Part shown: in pieces, positions 1 through 14,000 of the stretch | How the letters are laid out: the number at the start of each line of letters is the position of its first letter | How positions within the stretch are numbered: the first letter of the stretch is position 1 | IMG/VR virus record: IMGVR_UViG_3300029998_000036 | Coordinates: 1 to 56,215 of that record | From: a virus | Lineage: Duplodnaviria; Caudoviricetes | Length of the DNA stretch: 56,215 nucleotides | Direction: 5' to 3' (one strand) | Translations under genes and position numbers: made by a program | Notes under the pieces: model-generated | Database searches by the model: none | What the model was told of the DNA's origin: nothing | What the model saw: only the letters and a program-made list of their open reading frames with translations

Positions 1-158
1 TTAATCAAGCTATGGCATTAAAGAAAGCTGAATTACAGTCTGAACCCGGATTCGCTCCTATTGTCAATATTAGCAATGAAGAAGGTAATAAAGCTGCTTT
101 ACTACAAGAACAAGGTATAAGGACAGTCGCAGCTTCAACGACAGTCAATAGAAAATCT
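1..158. repeat. Terminal direct repeat (copy 1), circular assembly overlap
   Basis: 1-158 matches 56058-56215 except T127 vs C56184. Confidence 0.97.
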
Positions 159-1328
159 GCTGAAGCTGTTGCTAATGAAATGATAAATGTTCTACCTATA
201 TCAGAAAGTATGTCTAAACTTAAAGGTACTTCATCTCAAGATATTCAAGATAGAACTACTATCGGTATGCAAACAGCTAAAGATATTGTTGCCCCTTTGC
301 AAGACCTAGGAGAGGATAATATAGACAAACCTATGCAATCTATCACTACAGACAAATCATTGCCTTTAAATGAGCCTAATAAGTCTAAAACAGCTATTAC
401 AGCTAAAGCAGGTGCTGGAGAAAAAGCTAGTTTCTCGTTAGATTCAAGTGGCAAATGGCAAGGTGGAGAAGTTAAATATAAACCTACTATTACCACTATT
501 CAAGACAAAGGTATTAGTATAAAAGATGAAATGCCTTATACAATGGAATCGTTAATGGATAGTGCTGATTTATTACAAATAGGAGCTGGAGATAATTATA
601 ATGCCAACAATAATCCTTATTTAATGATGGCTAATCAAAGACAATCTTTTCTTAATGATTACGCTAAACAACAATCTGATAGAATACAGCAATCTGTTAA
701 ACAAGGTGAAGTTGAAGTTAAAGCTCCTACTGCAGATTATTCTAGCAAAGTATCTGAAGGAATGGGTACTAATATTTATTATGGCGGTTCTAAAATAGAC
801 ATGAGGTCTAGTGATAAAAAGGAAAAAATTCCTACTGCTACTGATGCTTCTGGACATGATATGGTAGCTACAGGACAAGAATTTAAATTCCAAAATATAT
901 CTTATCCTGAAAGAGCTAGTACAACAGTTGATGTAGCTCCAAGTCAAGTGACTTCTTCTGAATTTGCTTCTAATTGGATATTGTCAGATAGAGATGGTAA
1001 ATTACCTGCAAATTCTGTTTGGACATATAATTCCGGTACTGGTCAATCAGAGCCTAATCCTAAGATTAAAACAGTATTTGATTTACAACAGTTATTAAAA
1101 AATCCTCCTACTACAGGTGTTTCGTTTAAATCTAAATCTGGTCAAGACTTGATATATAGAAAACCTCAGCAAGATGCTAGTGGCAAACAAATGGGTTTGA
1201 ATCATAATCTTACAACTACTGATGGAAGTAATATTAGAGCTACAGGTGGACAGTTAAATACTTTAGGCGGTAGAGGTATCCAAGCCAATGCTCCTAAAGG
1301 TCAAAATCCATTACAATTAGGAGAATAA
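1..1328 (+). CDS. C-terminal part of a ~517-aa putative internal virion/ejection protein that starts at 55832 and wraps across the junction
   Basis: ORF 12..1328 is in frame with ATG 55832 through the terminal repeat (79 extra codons). Low-complexity Q/S/T-rich sequence in the cluster upstream of the giant protein. Confidence 0.6.
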   Translation, partial: NQAMALKKAELQSEPGFAPIVNISNEEGNKAALLQEQGIRTVAASTTVNRKSAEAVANEMINVLPISESMSKLKGTSSQDIQDRTTIGMQTAKDIVAPLQDLGEDNIDKPMQSITTDKSLPLNEPNKSKTAITAKAGAGEKASFSLDSSGKWQGGEVKYKPTITTIQDKGISIKDEMPYTMESLMDSADLLQIGAGDNYNANNNPYLMMANQRQSFLNDYAKQQSDRIQQSVKQGEVEVKAPTADYSSKVSEGMGTNIYYGGSKIDMRSSDKKEKIPTATDASGHDMVATGQEFKFQNISYPERASTTVDVAPSQVTSSEFASNWILSDRDGKLPANSVWTYNSGTGQSEPNPKIKTVFDLQQLLKNPPTTGVSFKSKSGQDLIYRKPQQDASGKQMGLNHNLTTTDGSNIRATGGQLNTLGGRGIQANAPKGQNPLQLGE

Positions 1329-1329
1329 T

Positions 1330-1920
1330 ATGGATCCGAAAATTAAAGATATAATAGTTGATCAAGCTTATAAACGTAAAGCTAGTGGGCAACCAATATC
1401 GATGGAAGATTTAAACTATATTATACAGCAACAAGCTATTCCTATACCTCAAGATAAAATAGTAGAATCTCAAAGTGGTTCTGAAGAAACTATGCAAAAT
1501 CTACAAAAGGCTAAATCTGGTAACGTAGAATCTGGTACATGGAATAATTTTAGACGCGGTTTAGGTGGTGGAGAATCAGACGAAGAATTAAAAGCTAGAG
1601 CTATACAAGAAGCTGAACAGGCGGTAAGATCTAAGCAAACTGTTATACCTAATCCTAAGGCTATTGATAAAGAACAATTGCTTAGAGAAGTTAACGCTAA
1701 TAAGTTATCAATGGATACAGCGGATACTATGTATAAAGAACCTCCTAGAGATCAGTTTTGGAATAGTCCTGAAGGATTAGCTTTATCAGTTAGAGAAGCT
1801 CAAGCTAGTGGTGATCAACAAAGACTTGAACAGGCTAAGTATAAACAAGCTAATATCGAAAAGCTTAAACAAGAATGGTATGGTAAAGCTATATCAACTA
1901 AAAAGAAAAAAAAGAAATAA
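1330..1920 (+). CDS. Putative internal virion/ejection protein, helical, with C-terminal K6 tail
   Basis: 196-aa Q/E/K-rich ORF directly upstream of the giant gene; ends ISTKKKKKK. Confidence 0.5.
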   Translation: MDPKIKDIIVDQAYKRKASGQPISMEDLNYIIQQQAIPIPQDKIVESQSGSEETMQNLQKAKSGNVESGTWNNFRRGLGGGESDEELKARAIQEAEQAVRSKQTVIPNPKAIDKEQLLREVNANKLSMDTADTMYKEPPRDQFWNSPEGLALSVREAQASGDQQRLEQAKYKQANIEKLKQEWYGKAISTKKKKKK

Positions 1921-2001
1921 ACATCGTACTAATTTAAACTAATTATAAGAGCTTATAATGGCTGACGAAATTAAAAAAAAAATGAATTTGTACCTTTTGG
2001 A

Positions 2002-5000
2002 GTGCCTTTAACCGATATACTCCAAGATATGGGTAAGACTGCGAGACAGTCTACTCAACCATTAACTACCGAACAACCAATGCAACCTGAAGCCATTATA
2101 GATAAAGCTCAGGTTGCTAAGGTTAAACCTAAACGTAAGACTTATCAAGAACTTCCTGAAAAAGAACAAACTTTAGTTGATAAAGAACAATCTGAACAAT
2201 ATCAAAGACAATTAGATAATGAAGCTAATCCTTTTAGATCATTAGATCAAAATGTCTTTATACCTACCACAGATGACCAAGGTAATACGAAATTGGTTTA
2301 TGATAACGATGAATACATGCGAGCTAAAAAGCAAGCTGATTCGATCTTATATGACCAATTTAATAATAATCCTTATCCTCAGTATCAAGAAGATTACTAT
2401 AATGCCTTTATATTAAAAAAGGACGGTAATCTATTTGACGCTACTAGAGGCTATGCCGGTTCTGCTAGGGTCGCATTAAAAGATATGTATGCAGATGCTA
2501 CTGGACAATCTGATCCTCAAAGAGAGAAAGCTAGAAAGTATTTTAGTGATATTATAGATAACTATACAGGTACTATAAAATCTATTGACGCTTCTAAGTA
2601 TTACGCTTTGGCTAAAGGAGGTTCTATTGATCCTAAAAGTATGATGCACGCTGAATCTAAACAATTTGGTTCTGATATATTCGGAGCCGCGGCTAAAGGA
2701 TTAGGTGGTATATTGTCTGGTCCGTTAGAAACTAACCAAGGGATTGATTTATTTAGTGGAGTTAAAAGCTTAACTGAAGCGGTATATCAACAAAATCTAG
2801 GCTGGATTGTAGATTCTAAACAACATGACGAATATGTTAAAGGACAAACTAAATTAGCTCAGAATGAAGGATTAGTTGGGCTATTAGGTTTAAAAGGAAA
2901 TATAGGTGGTTCAGAGATAAAAAATATAATCAAAAGTCAATTGCAAATGAGTATGGAGAAATACTCTAATCAATTAAAGGAAGATGGTTTATTTGATCCT
3001 AATGCTCCAGATCCTTTATTAGTTAAAATGCAAAATGACTTAAAAGCTATTGATGAAGAAGGTACTAATTTATTAGACTTTGCCGCTAGTACAGGAGTTA
3101 ATTTAACATCGCTTATAACCGATATATACTCTCCACTAGGAGCTTTTAATATAGGTGGTAAAGTTGCTAAGGGAGTTGAGAAAGTAAGCTTTAAGGTCAA
3201 AAGAAGCGTATCTATTGCCAAGGAAATGCAGTTAGGTAAAACATTTGGAGAAATGGATGTTCCTAAGCTTACTAAAGATGTCTTTAGTAACTTTAAAGTT
3301 AGCGAGAATACTTTAAATGAATTTAACCATGTCAATAAAATGACTAACGCAGTTAATATAAATAAGATACCAAATGTAAATTTAATATCTGAACATCCTA
3401 ACGTACAAGCTATTGTAGATTATCTTAAGCCATTCTTAAAGTCTGAAGGAGTTACTCTAGAAGGTAGTTTAATTGAACCGGCGCATAGTATTATTCCTAA
3501 TCTAACAACAGCTATTACTACTTCTTATTTGCAAACTATATTTGGAGATGTTACTCCTACATCAGATGAGATAGAAGCTGCTTCAAAGAATCTAGGTTTA
3601 ATGATGACTGCCGGTACAGTATTATTTAATGGATTACTACGCGGAACAATGATAGAAAATGGATTAGTTAAGAACTCTAAATTATTACAAAATATTGATC
3701 CTGATAAAGCTGAAAGATTAGTTGCTATGATTAACAATAAGAACATGTTTGTTAATGGACTTATGGATGTAGCCGCTGGTACTACACTTGAATTACCTAG
3801 TATTATGCAATTCTCAGCTCAAGATGATACTCATGGAGTAGGTAAAGCTATTGCTCAAAGTTTAATCACTCAATTAGCTATGATGGGACACGGTATAATC
3901 TCTAGTGGTAAAGGTTACTTAAGAGAATCTGATCATTTGAAACAAGAAAATGAATATTATAAATACGTAGACAAATTGACATTATATGACAAAATAGATA
4001 ATGTTGAAGTTCCTATTGGTAAAAGAGATGTTAATTTAGGAGAGTATGTTTATCAGAGAGCTAAACAGCAAAACATAGATGCTGACAATATGAAACTTAG
4101 CGATATGAAAAAGCTTTTAGATAAGACTAATTTAACTAAAGATCAATTAAAAATCATTGATAAGATAAATGATTTAGCTGGTGATGTTAGCGTTAATTTT
4201 TCTAGTACAGATATGCCTTATAACAGACCAGGCAAGTTCAATGCTAATGATAATGCTATTACAGTTAATACAAGCGTTGCTACCGATAGAACATTTAACT
4301 TAGATGGTACAATGGCTAACTTGATTATACATGAAGGTACTCATGCTTTAACCGCCGGTGAATATCGGAATAATCCTACATTTGCTAAGAATATTGATAA
4401 TATGTTTGATGATCTTATTACAAGTCCTTTGTTATCAGATACTCCAATACTTAATCAATTGTCCGGTCCTAATGGAAAAGATGAAATGATGGCTTTATTG
4501 GCTCAAGGTGATCCTAATATTATCAAGGCATTGAATCAATCAGACGTATCAGGACAATACGAGTATTACAAACGTAAAGTAGGTAAGTTGTTTGGTGGTA
4601 AAGAAACTTATGATAAATTCGTTGAAACTTTACAGAGCATACAATCGACTACTCCTTCAGAAGGTACTATGTATGGTTCTAATATATCTACTCTAAAAGC
4701 TATCGCCGGCGGGCCTGTTTATTCAATTAATAATCCTATGCCTTATGAAGTTAAAAATGATCTAAATGATGGCAAAGGAAATATTAGATTAGCTGAATTG
4801 AGTAAAGGTAAAATTTACATTAATACTGATTTTACTCCTGATTACTTTTGGAAGTATTTAATCGGCGAAGTACCTAGTGAAACATCTAAACAAAAGCAAG
4901 CTATGTTAGCTAGAATGGCTAAGGTAGATGGTTATAGCTTAGATAAGGTGAAATCTATTTTAACTCAGCCTCAAGACTTTATAGACTTTTTACATTTACA

Positions 5001-8000
5001 CGAACAATCGCATATTGATAATAACGATTCCGGAAAATATTCTGATTACTTCAAGAAGTATGGTAAACTTGATTACATGTCTGCTGATTTAATCAATGCA
5101 GAGAAACGTGCTACATTAGATGCTTTAAAGATTATAGAGAAACGTAAAGCTACCCAACCTGAAGCTGTTAGGCAAGAAGTGGAATCAATTATATCTATGA
5201 CTGCTAAAGACCCTACTTCTTTTGACCGTACAGAGGTTAATAAGACACAATTGATAGAAACATACGGCAGAGAGTTAATAGAGCGTTCTAAGCCAACGGA
5301 TATAGGTTTCTTTAGGAATCTAGGGTTCATGGATAAGTATAATGGATTTGAAGATATAGCTTCTAAGGATATTGACAAGATTACTAATCTTTATGTTGAT
5401 TACTATAATAGGGTAGAAGGACAATCTGACGATCCTAAAATACAGGAACAAAGATTAAATAAATCTTTATTACAAGCTATGAAACTAAAGAATCAAGTAC
5501 GTAAACCTGAGTATACTATATCTTTTGGTATGAGAGATAAACAAGCTATATTAGATAATGTATCTTTAAATAATACTCCAAAATATCCTGACGGAGAATC
5601 ATTAGATCCTTTCAGAACTAAAATGGATAATTTTAATGATAGATATTCTAAACAACTAGATAGATTTAATAGTGTAAATTTAAATGAATCTGAGAAAGCT
5701 ACATTAGATATTTTAAAAGGATATGATCATGTAACTGTTAATGGATATATCAACGATAAAGATACTGGTCACGATTCTGGTACTATTATAGCTAGAAATC
5801 CTGAATTAGCTAATCAATTAGCTGAGAAAGGTTTTGTCTATCTACCTAAAGCAACCGGTGGTAAAGTTATTAAACTAAATTTTAATGGCAAAGATCCTGC
5901 TATAATCGCTCAAGACTTGATGCAAATGGACTTGAAATATTTTCTATCGTCTGATGGAACTTATGGTCGCTATGGAGCCGGAAAGGCTATTGGTAATGAT
6001 CCTGTTATACTTAGTTTATTAGACTGGAATAAAATCAACAAAGGGATATTAACTAAGGATTATTTTATTGATAGCCCCAATATAGAACCTAAGGATTTAG
6101 AGAAATTACAACCTATATTTCAAGAAGTAAATAATGCTATTGATAATTATCTTAGAGGACCTAATGGCGAGCATATCTATAAAGATTCTAAACCTTCTTT
6201 GATAGATGCTTTTACTTCTCATTACCTTAATGTAATTGATGAATCTGCACAAACCAAAGGTACTAGATTAATTAAAGATAATTTAGGTAATACTCAAATA
6301 GCTGATAAAAAGATACCAAATAAGTATAATGCTCCTTTAGTTGATTCAGATACATTCTCGTACAAAGGAGAACAAGGTATAACAGTATTTGAAAAAATTA
6401 CTGGATTGGGAAGTGATATATCTTATTCTGATGCTAGACGTAGTGGTATAGATAAAGATAGTAAAGGTATATTTAGATCTACTGCTATAATTGATCCTGA
6501 TTGGCTTAAACCTAATACTGGATTATTTCCTAATGAAATGTTATATCGTTTTATGAAGGAAAAGGAAAATGATGGTGGGCAGAACTATCTTAATAGAGAA
6601 TCAGCTTTAATAGATTCTAGAGCTTTAGGTAAAGGAGATGAAATACCTGCATTAAGTAAGCAAGGTAATGGTTCTAGTGGCACTATAAATAAGTCTGCTA
6701 TGCACTATCAAGTATTCGATGAGTATAATGATTTGCATGAATCTGAATTAACTTCATTTAAAAAGAAATTACAATATGCCGGTATATCTGATGTAAGTAA
6801 TAGTTCATGTTTCAAAATGCCTAATTCATTTGAGTATATAAAGAAACCCGGACTTATTGATGGCACTACATTAGTAATGGACGGCGGTACTAATCTATTA
6901 CAGGTATTAGATAAAAATGGTAAAGTAGATAAAGACTTAAAAGATGAAACTATAAAAATCTATTTACATCAATTGTTCAATGAAGGTAATACTCCTGAAC
7001 AGTTTAAACATAAAACTTATTTAGCCGGTGAAAATCCTTCTAATTATATGTTTGGTTCTCATGTTTACGAAGATCATAAATTGAATACTGGAGCTGGTAC
7101 TTTAGGGATAAACAAAACTCCTAACTTTAGCCGTACTTCTAGGTTCTTTGAAGGAGAACTAGGACAAAAGACTTATGAAGCTACTAAAGATACTGAAAGA
7201 CTTATTGAGAATAGTTCTAAACAGCAAGACAATGATATATGTTTCTTAGAAGCTACTCATAGAAAATATGCTGATTTATTAAATAGTGCGATAGATAAAA
7301 ATGGATTAGCTGATTTTAATATAAATCCTGAAGATGCTACAAGACTTATTCGTGGTATGAAAACTATGATCAATAGTCTTAGAGAATCAGAAGTTAAGAA
7401 TGACTATATTAACGTAGATTACGCCGAATTAGCCTCTAAAATGATTGAAGATAGGTACAAGTATGCCTTAGACAATAATGAACCTATAAACGATTCTATT
7501 AAAGATATTTTCACATTGTATCATCAAATGGTAGGTTCAAGAGCTGGTGAAACATATAATCAAAAAGCTGGTCAATTTACCGTATATTCTGAAGCTAGAT
7601 CTAGAATAGCTGAAAAGGCTTATCAAGGATATACAGCTGGTATGAGCGTTAAACTTGGTACTTCTAATGAGGGTATAGCTTCTTATCATAGAGGATTAGA
7701 TGGATTTGCTAATATGGAATTAAGGCGTCAATTTGATAATCTAGTTAAACAAGGATTTACAAATAAACCTAGCGAAGAATCTACTTTATTGCATAATAAG
7801 ATAGAGGAATTCGGAGGTGACATTGAATCTGTTTATAGTGAATGGTCTAAATTACATATTGATAAAATTAAAGAAGGTTTGCTAAATACAACAGCTGAAC
7901 TATTACCTGAAATATTTGATGAAACTGGTTGGTGGAAAGAAAATGCTAAATTATCTGGTATAGTGTTAAGTGCTAAGGATATTGAACAATTAAACAAAAT

Positions 8001-11000
8001 ATCTGCTGAACCAATTACTTTGGGTAGTAAGATACTTGTTACTAGAGTTCCATTGGATAACGAAGCTTCTATGATGCCTGCTGTTGTCATTGGACTAGAG
8101 AATCATAATGGAGGCGTTGTAAGAGGCAATAAAGAACTAATAGCTCACTTTACTGGAGCTGATGATGATGGTGATGGTATATCATTACGTCCGGCTGATA
8201 AATTCAATTTCCCTAAAAAGAACTTCGACCCTATTTGGGAGCATTGGAAAGAACAAATGTCTTATATGAATAATGTTAAAAAGGGAGCTAGTGATTTAGA
8301 AGCTCAGGAAAAGATATTACAAAATGGTACTCGTAAAGTTTATAATACTTTGAAACAATATATTCCTAATTTACAGGCTAACGAATTAATCCAAAAGTCT
8401 AATCAACCCGGAATATTTAATAGAGCTATGCAAGCTGATAAATCAATGGACGTAACAGCTCGTAATGCTACTGCATTGCATGTAGCTAAAAACGGTTTAT
8501 CACCTGAATTAAGGAATATGGAAATTGATATTGGTGGTAAAATGTACCCTGCATTTGATGTTATTACAGCTTATCTTAATCCTAAATCAGTTGATATGTT
8601 TAATCCTCAGGTAGTTGATAATAAGAACGCAGTCGCTAATCTAATGGGTTATTCTGATTTAGATTCAATGCTAACTGAAGTAGGTGGTAAAGGTCGTAGC
8701 GCATTAAAGAAATTCAAAGAGCTGGGTTATAATGAAGCTAGTGAGAAATTAGCTTCTACAGTTTCAGATGAAGGTGGTCCGTTGAATAGAGTTGCTAAGT
8801 TTCTAAATGACAATACAATGGAACATGGTTTAAACAAAGACCATACTTCTATATTTGCCGCTCACAATAAGATGCAGTCTAATATGGCAGATCAGATTAT
8901 GTCTAAGGTGACTGATACAGTCAATAATATGTCTTTCCAAAATGAAGATGGTAGCCTTAATAGAACTAAGCTATTGTTTACGCCGGTGATTAATACTGCT
9001 CATGGTAAAAAAGTATCGTTAGGAGACTTAGCAATAGCTTTAAATCAATCTAAAGGTCAAGAGTTTTATGATGTAGTCCAACGTATATTTGGTATTGATT
9101 ATCCTACTATCGATAAGATATTAAAAGGCAACCAAAGAGTTAATGTTAAGTTAGATGGTAACGATTACAACATATCTCCTAATATTAAACAATTAGCAGG
9201 TATACATACTAAGAATGTTTTAAATAGTCTAGTATTAGGTCCGGGCAATATTAAGACTATTGAACTCAATAAACAGCTTGGTACTTCAATGACTATATAT
9301 CCTGATAGAACTATTAAATTGCCTGATGGTACTATCAAACCTATACATCAATTATTTGAACGTGATGGTAATGTTAAAGCATTTAAAACTCCTTATGAAA
9401 ATAACCAATTTATATATGCAGTGCAAAAAGCTATTAAAACTTCTGGTAATAAACAAGGACTTGTATTTGATAATAGCCAAGAATCTATTAAGATGCGTAA
9501 TAAGGAATATATCAATTCAATTGCAGATGCTTTCTCTAATGGAACTGAAGACGCTTCATTAATGACGACAGCTATTGCTTACCATCCTACAAGTCCCGAT
9601 GGCACGACTTTACTAAACAATGGTACAAATGAACCAAGTTCTATTTGGGCGCAGTCTAATGGTCCACAAATGCGTAATGACCTTATTAAAAACTATATGT
9701 CGCAAGGTATTGATAAAAAGACAGCTGAATACTTATCTAAAAAGAAATTAACAGCTGGATATGTTGATTTGCTTAATTTAACTGGATTACCTTTAAAAGT
9801 AGACAAAGGTACAAGCTTAGTAGATTTCACATTACAAAAGCAAACTGATATGTTGTATCCTAATAATAATGATTTAGGAACTACTGAACGATTTGACAAT
9901 CCATTTTACAGTTCAGTACAATCATTAAAGAATGAACCAACTAGAAAATTGTTTGAAATGAGAAAAGGTGATATAGCCGACTACGTTATGAAAGTAGATA
10001 AGAGAGCCGGTAGATTAATGAGACAAGGATTAGCAGGAAAGGCACTTTCTAGCCTTTCTAACGAACAATATCACGGTATAATTAAAGATATACTTAAGCC
10101 TGCTATTGAATCCAATATAGTCAAAGTATCGAGTAAACAGAAATGGAACGAAGCTCACACTAAAGAAGTATTAGACAACTTAGAATCTGTATTGGAATCT
10201 AATAATATAGATAATGCTGAGAAGTCTTGGCAAGATTCATTCGGTAGTAAAATAGGTTCTACTTTGTTTAGAGCTAATTATATAGCAGGATTGTTTAAAG
10301 ACTTAGCTAATGCTAATAAAACTTATAATAATAGGTCTACTCAATTTGCTTTATTCAATACTAGAACTCCTGAAGGTATCATTGACAGGGTATCTGTATA
10401 TAAGAATTTTTATGATGCTAGCCATGAGTATATTAAGTTCTTCACTAATACTGGCGATGTATCAAACGAACATCCCGGACTTGTCAAAGATATATTAGAG
10501 AAAACAAGTGGTAATGTATTAGCCGCTACCTACATGTCTAAAGCTCTAGTTGAAATAGTTAAACCATTGGACTTCTACAATAACATTAAAGATTCAATGA
10601 AATCCCAAATTACTCAATTCCATTTAGACAAAAACTTAACTGGTCATTTACAAGATTTTAAGCCTGAAGAATTGACTAATATATTCAAAGACGATGATTT
10701 GTCCAATATACTTAGTAATACTAATTTTAGTTCTATTACTGGCATAGAAACTATAAAGCAAGCTCTTTGTAATTATGGTGGAGTATCAGGTGATCTTAAT
10801 AATACTGAACTAATAGCTAAACAGATTGCTAAAAGCTGGAAAGAGACTAAACTAAATCCAATAGATTATTACCATGAGGATATAGAGACCGGTGGAGAGT
10901 ATAAAACTGCTATACCTAAACATTTAGTCGAATCAGTTCCTCCAGAGGTTTTAGCGGATTATAACGCATGGAGTTTAAGCCAAGGTTATCAAGAGAAAGT

Positions 11001-14000
11001 TGGAGAATTACATAAAGAGTTAGATCTTAAATCTAATCAAATTGAGAAAGCTGTTAATTCGTTTCTAAAGTATAAGACTTTCTACAATGCAATTGGTGAT
11101 CAAGCATTAAACTTAGCTAAAAGTTTTGATGATTTTATAATTAAACAAAAGTTTGATGTTAATGATCCTTCATCATTCGGACCATTAGGATTAGCTACTA
11201 GAGCTGTTAATAATTTAACTGAATTATCTAATGACTTAAAATCTATGGATAGCAAACGGTTCTTAAGTTCTATATCTACTACTGAAGCCGGTGATTTGGC
11301 TTTTGCTAGCGAACTCAATACTAAGCTGATTCAACCTACTTTAAAAGAAGAAGGCATATTACAAGAAACTAGAGAGGAGCTTAATACTAAATTCGATTAT
11401 AAGAACCAATCTGGCGTCCCTATGATGCGTATGATGCTTAATGCAATAGAAGCTACTGGTCATGGTCCAATAAATGATATAGGGACTAGAAAGTTCTTTA
11501 CCGATATGCTTAGAGAACAATCCAATGAAATGTACAATAGAAACTTATTCGGACAAAAACCTAATATTCCTATTGATATATCTCAAACCGCTTTACCAAT
11601 AGATGATATTATTGGTTCTGCTATTGAGTACCATAATCTTAATAACCAAGATAAGATGTGGTATGATCAAATGCAAAAGTTAGGAGTTCCTGAGTTCCAA
11701 GACGCTTGGTCTAATTTAGATCATATATCTAAAAGAGATCTATCTGAAGTCGCTAGACAAGTTATTAGTTCTAAAGTATCTGGAGCTATTAATAAAGCTA
11801 AAGGTGATATGGTTATACAAGAATTTTGGGACGATAATGGTTTATCGTTTGATCCGGCAAGACCTAAAAAACTTGAAGATGGTTCTTATGGTTATATTGG
11901 AATTGACGTTAATGGTATCAAAAAGAATATTGACTTAATTGACTTATATAATTTATTAGACAAAAGCGATCGTTCTTATAAGACTATATATGATCCTAGT
12001 AGGTTATCAGGTAAAGTTAATAGCCAAGTACAAGTAGCGTTACTCAATATGCAAGAAGTAGCTAGACAATCTTATGGTAGATATGGTGACGACAATCCTT
12101 ATGCCGCTGGATTAATTACTGAAAAGTTATCTCAAGGTATTAATGGTAAATATAGATTTATGCACGACCACGATGTTAGTATGTGGGCTTCTCAATTAGA
12201 TGATAAAGATTCATCTCAACCATTTGATGCTGGTAGTCCAATGAGTATTATAGCTAACGTCAATGGAGAATCAAGACAATTGGTAGGTTATGGCATTACT
12301 ATAATGAATCGATCTGTTGATGTAAAGAATAGCGATAAAATGAAAGCTATTAATAAATTAGAAGCTAGTGGTTATCATGCAGACTTAGCTCCAGATCAAA
12401 AAGCTATGATGACTAATGGTCGTAAAATACCTTCATTGATTATGGTAGATTCATTTGGTGGTAAAGATCCCGTTATATACTCAATACCTCTTTCTAGCGT
12501 TCAAAATGCTACAAGTGGAGATTGTTATGGCTGGACTAGTAATCGTCAATTAGAACGTCTTAAAAAGGCTTCTAATGGTATTGTAGATGGAATTGTTTCT
12601 AGCTTAAAGAATCCTAGAATAGTAGAGAATGATTTCAAAGCTTATCCTGATGCTAAGTATGTAATGGATAGAGAAGGATTTTATCAAGACTATAATTATA
12701 AAGCAGATAATACTAAAGGCAATTTACAAGTAAGACAAAAGCTATTAACTTTAGCCGGCGGTTTACCTAATTCAGAGTTTAGACAATATGCCGTTGCAAT
12801 GTCAAAAGATGCTATTGGAACTGATCTAATTAAACTAATGGCAGATGGTTATAATTCGTATCAAGGTAAGATGAAATACTGGGGAGGTTCGTATGTTGTT
12901 ACTACTGCAGCTGCTGGATTAATAGCAACTGGAGCAGCTTTAACTGGCAATATACCATTAGCTGGTTTAATGGCTGGTACTGCATTGAAATCTGTTGCTG
13001 GGTTTACTAAAAATATATTATGGCGTAAAGTAATTGCCAATAGAGCAACTACTGGTCAATGGGCATTACGTAATTATATACCTGACTTAGATAAAAATAA
13101 AGATCTTACTATTTCAGATAGTTTCGCTTCTTATATCTGGAGACCTTTAACTGAGGTATATAAATCATTAGGAGAGGTTAAATCATTATCTGAATCAGAT
13201 CTATCAATGGCAGCTGGTAAAATAGCTAGATTAACATTTGGAGAGCATTTAACTACTGAAGGTTCTAACTATGGTTTAGATATTCAAACTAAAGACGTAT
13301 CATTACAAAAGAAGATATATAAAGAGAGACTAGATATATTAGAAAAAACTAATAAAATGATTGAGAATGCAGGTCGTACCGACTTAGATGTTACTAAAGC
13401 TCAGTATCTATTAGAAGATTTATTGTCTAGTTCTAAATTCAATAAAGATGTTAAAGGATTAGTATATAAAGACCAATCTGGTTCATTCTCTACAATAGCC
13501 GGATTAACTAAAGAGGATATAACAGTTGCTAAAGATGAATTAGGTTCTTGGTTAAGTTCTACTGCATACGCCCAGTTCCTAGCTAATCAAGAAAAGAATA
13601 GCGCTATGAACACTACCAAGGTTGGTTTAAAGCATTCTATTAATATGCAGGAACAGCTTAAAAAAGCATTTGGCAATAGAGAGATATTCCAAGATGGGGC
13701 TGTTAACCAAACTGCATGGGACGATGTATTGACTATGAATACATTAAGTTATATTAGTCAAAGAACTATTGGTAACTTTGAAAAAATAGGTTCTGCTGCT
13801 ACTCCATTTGGTAGATGGGCATTAATGTTCTCACAGTTCTTACATGAGAATATATATGATACTACAATTGGTTCGGCTAATAGACGCAAACTATACAGAG
13901 CCTTAGAAAATGAAATTAACTTATTGCCTAAAGATGATGTTGCTAGAAAGGTAATGACTAAGTACGGTATCTTGGTAGGTGATAAATTATTCCATACTCC

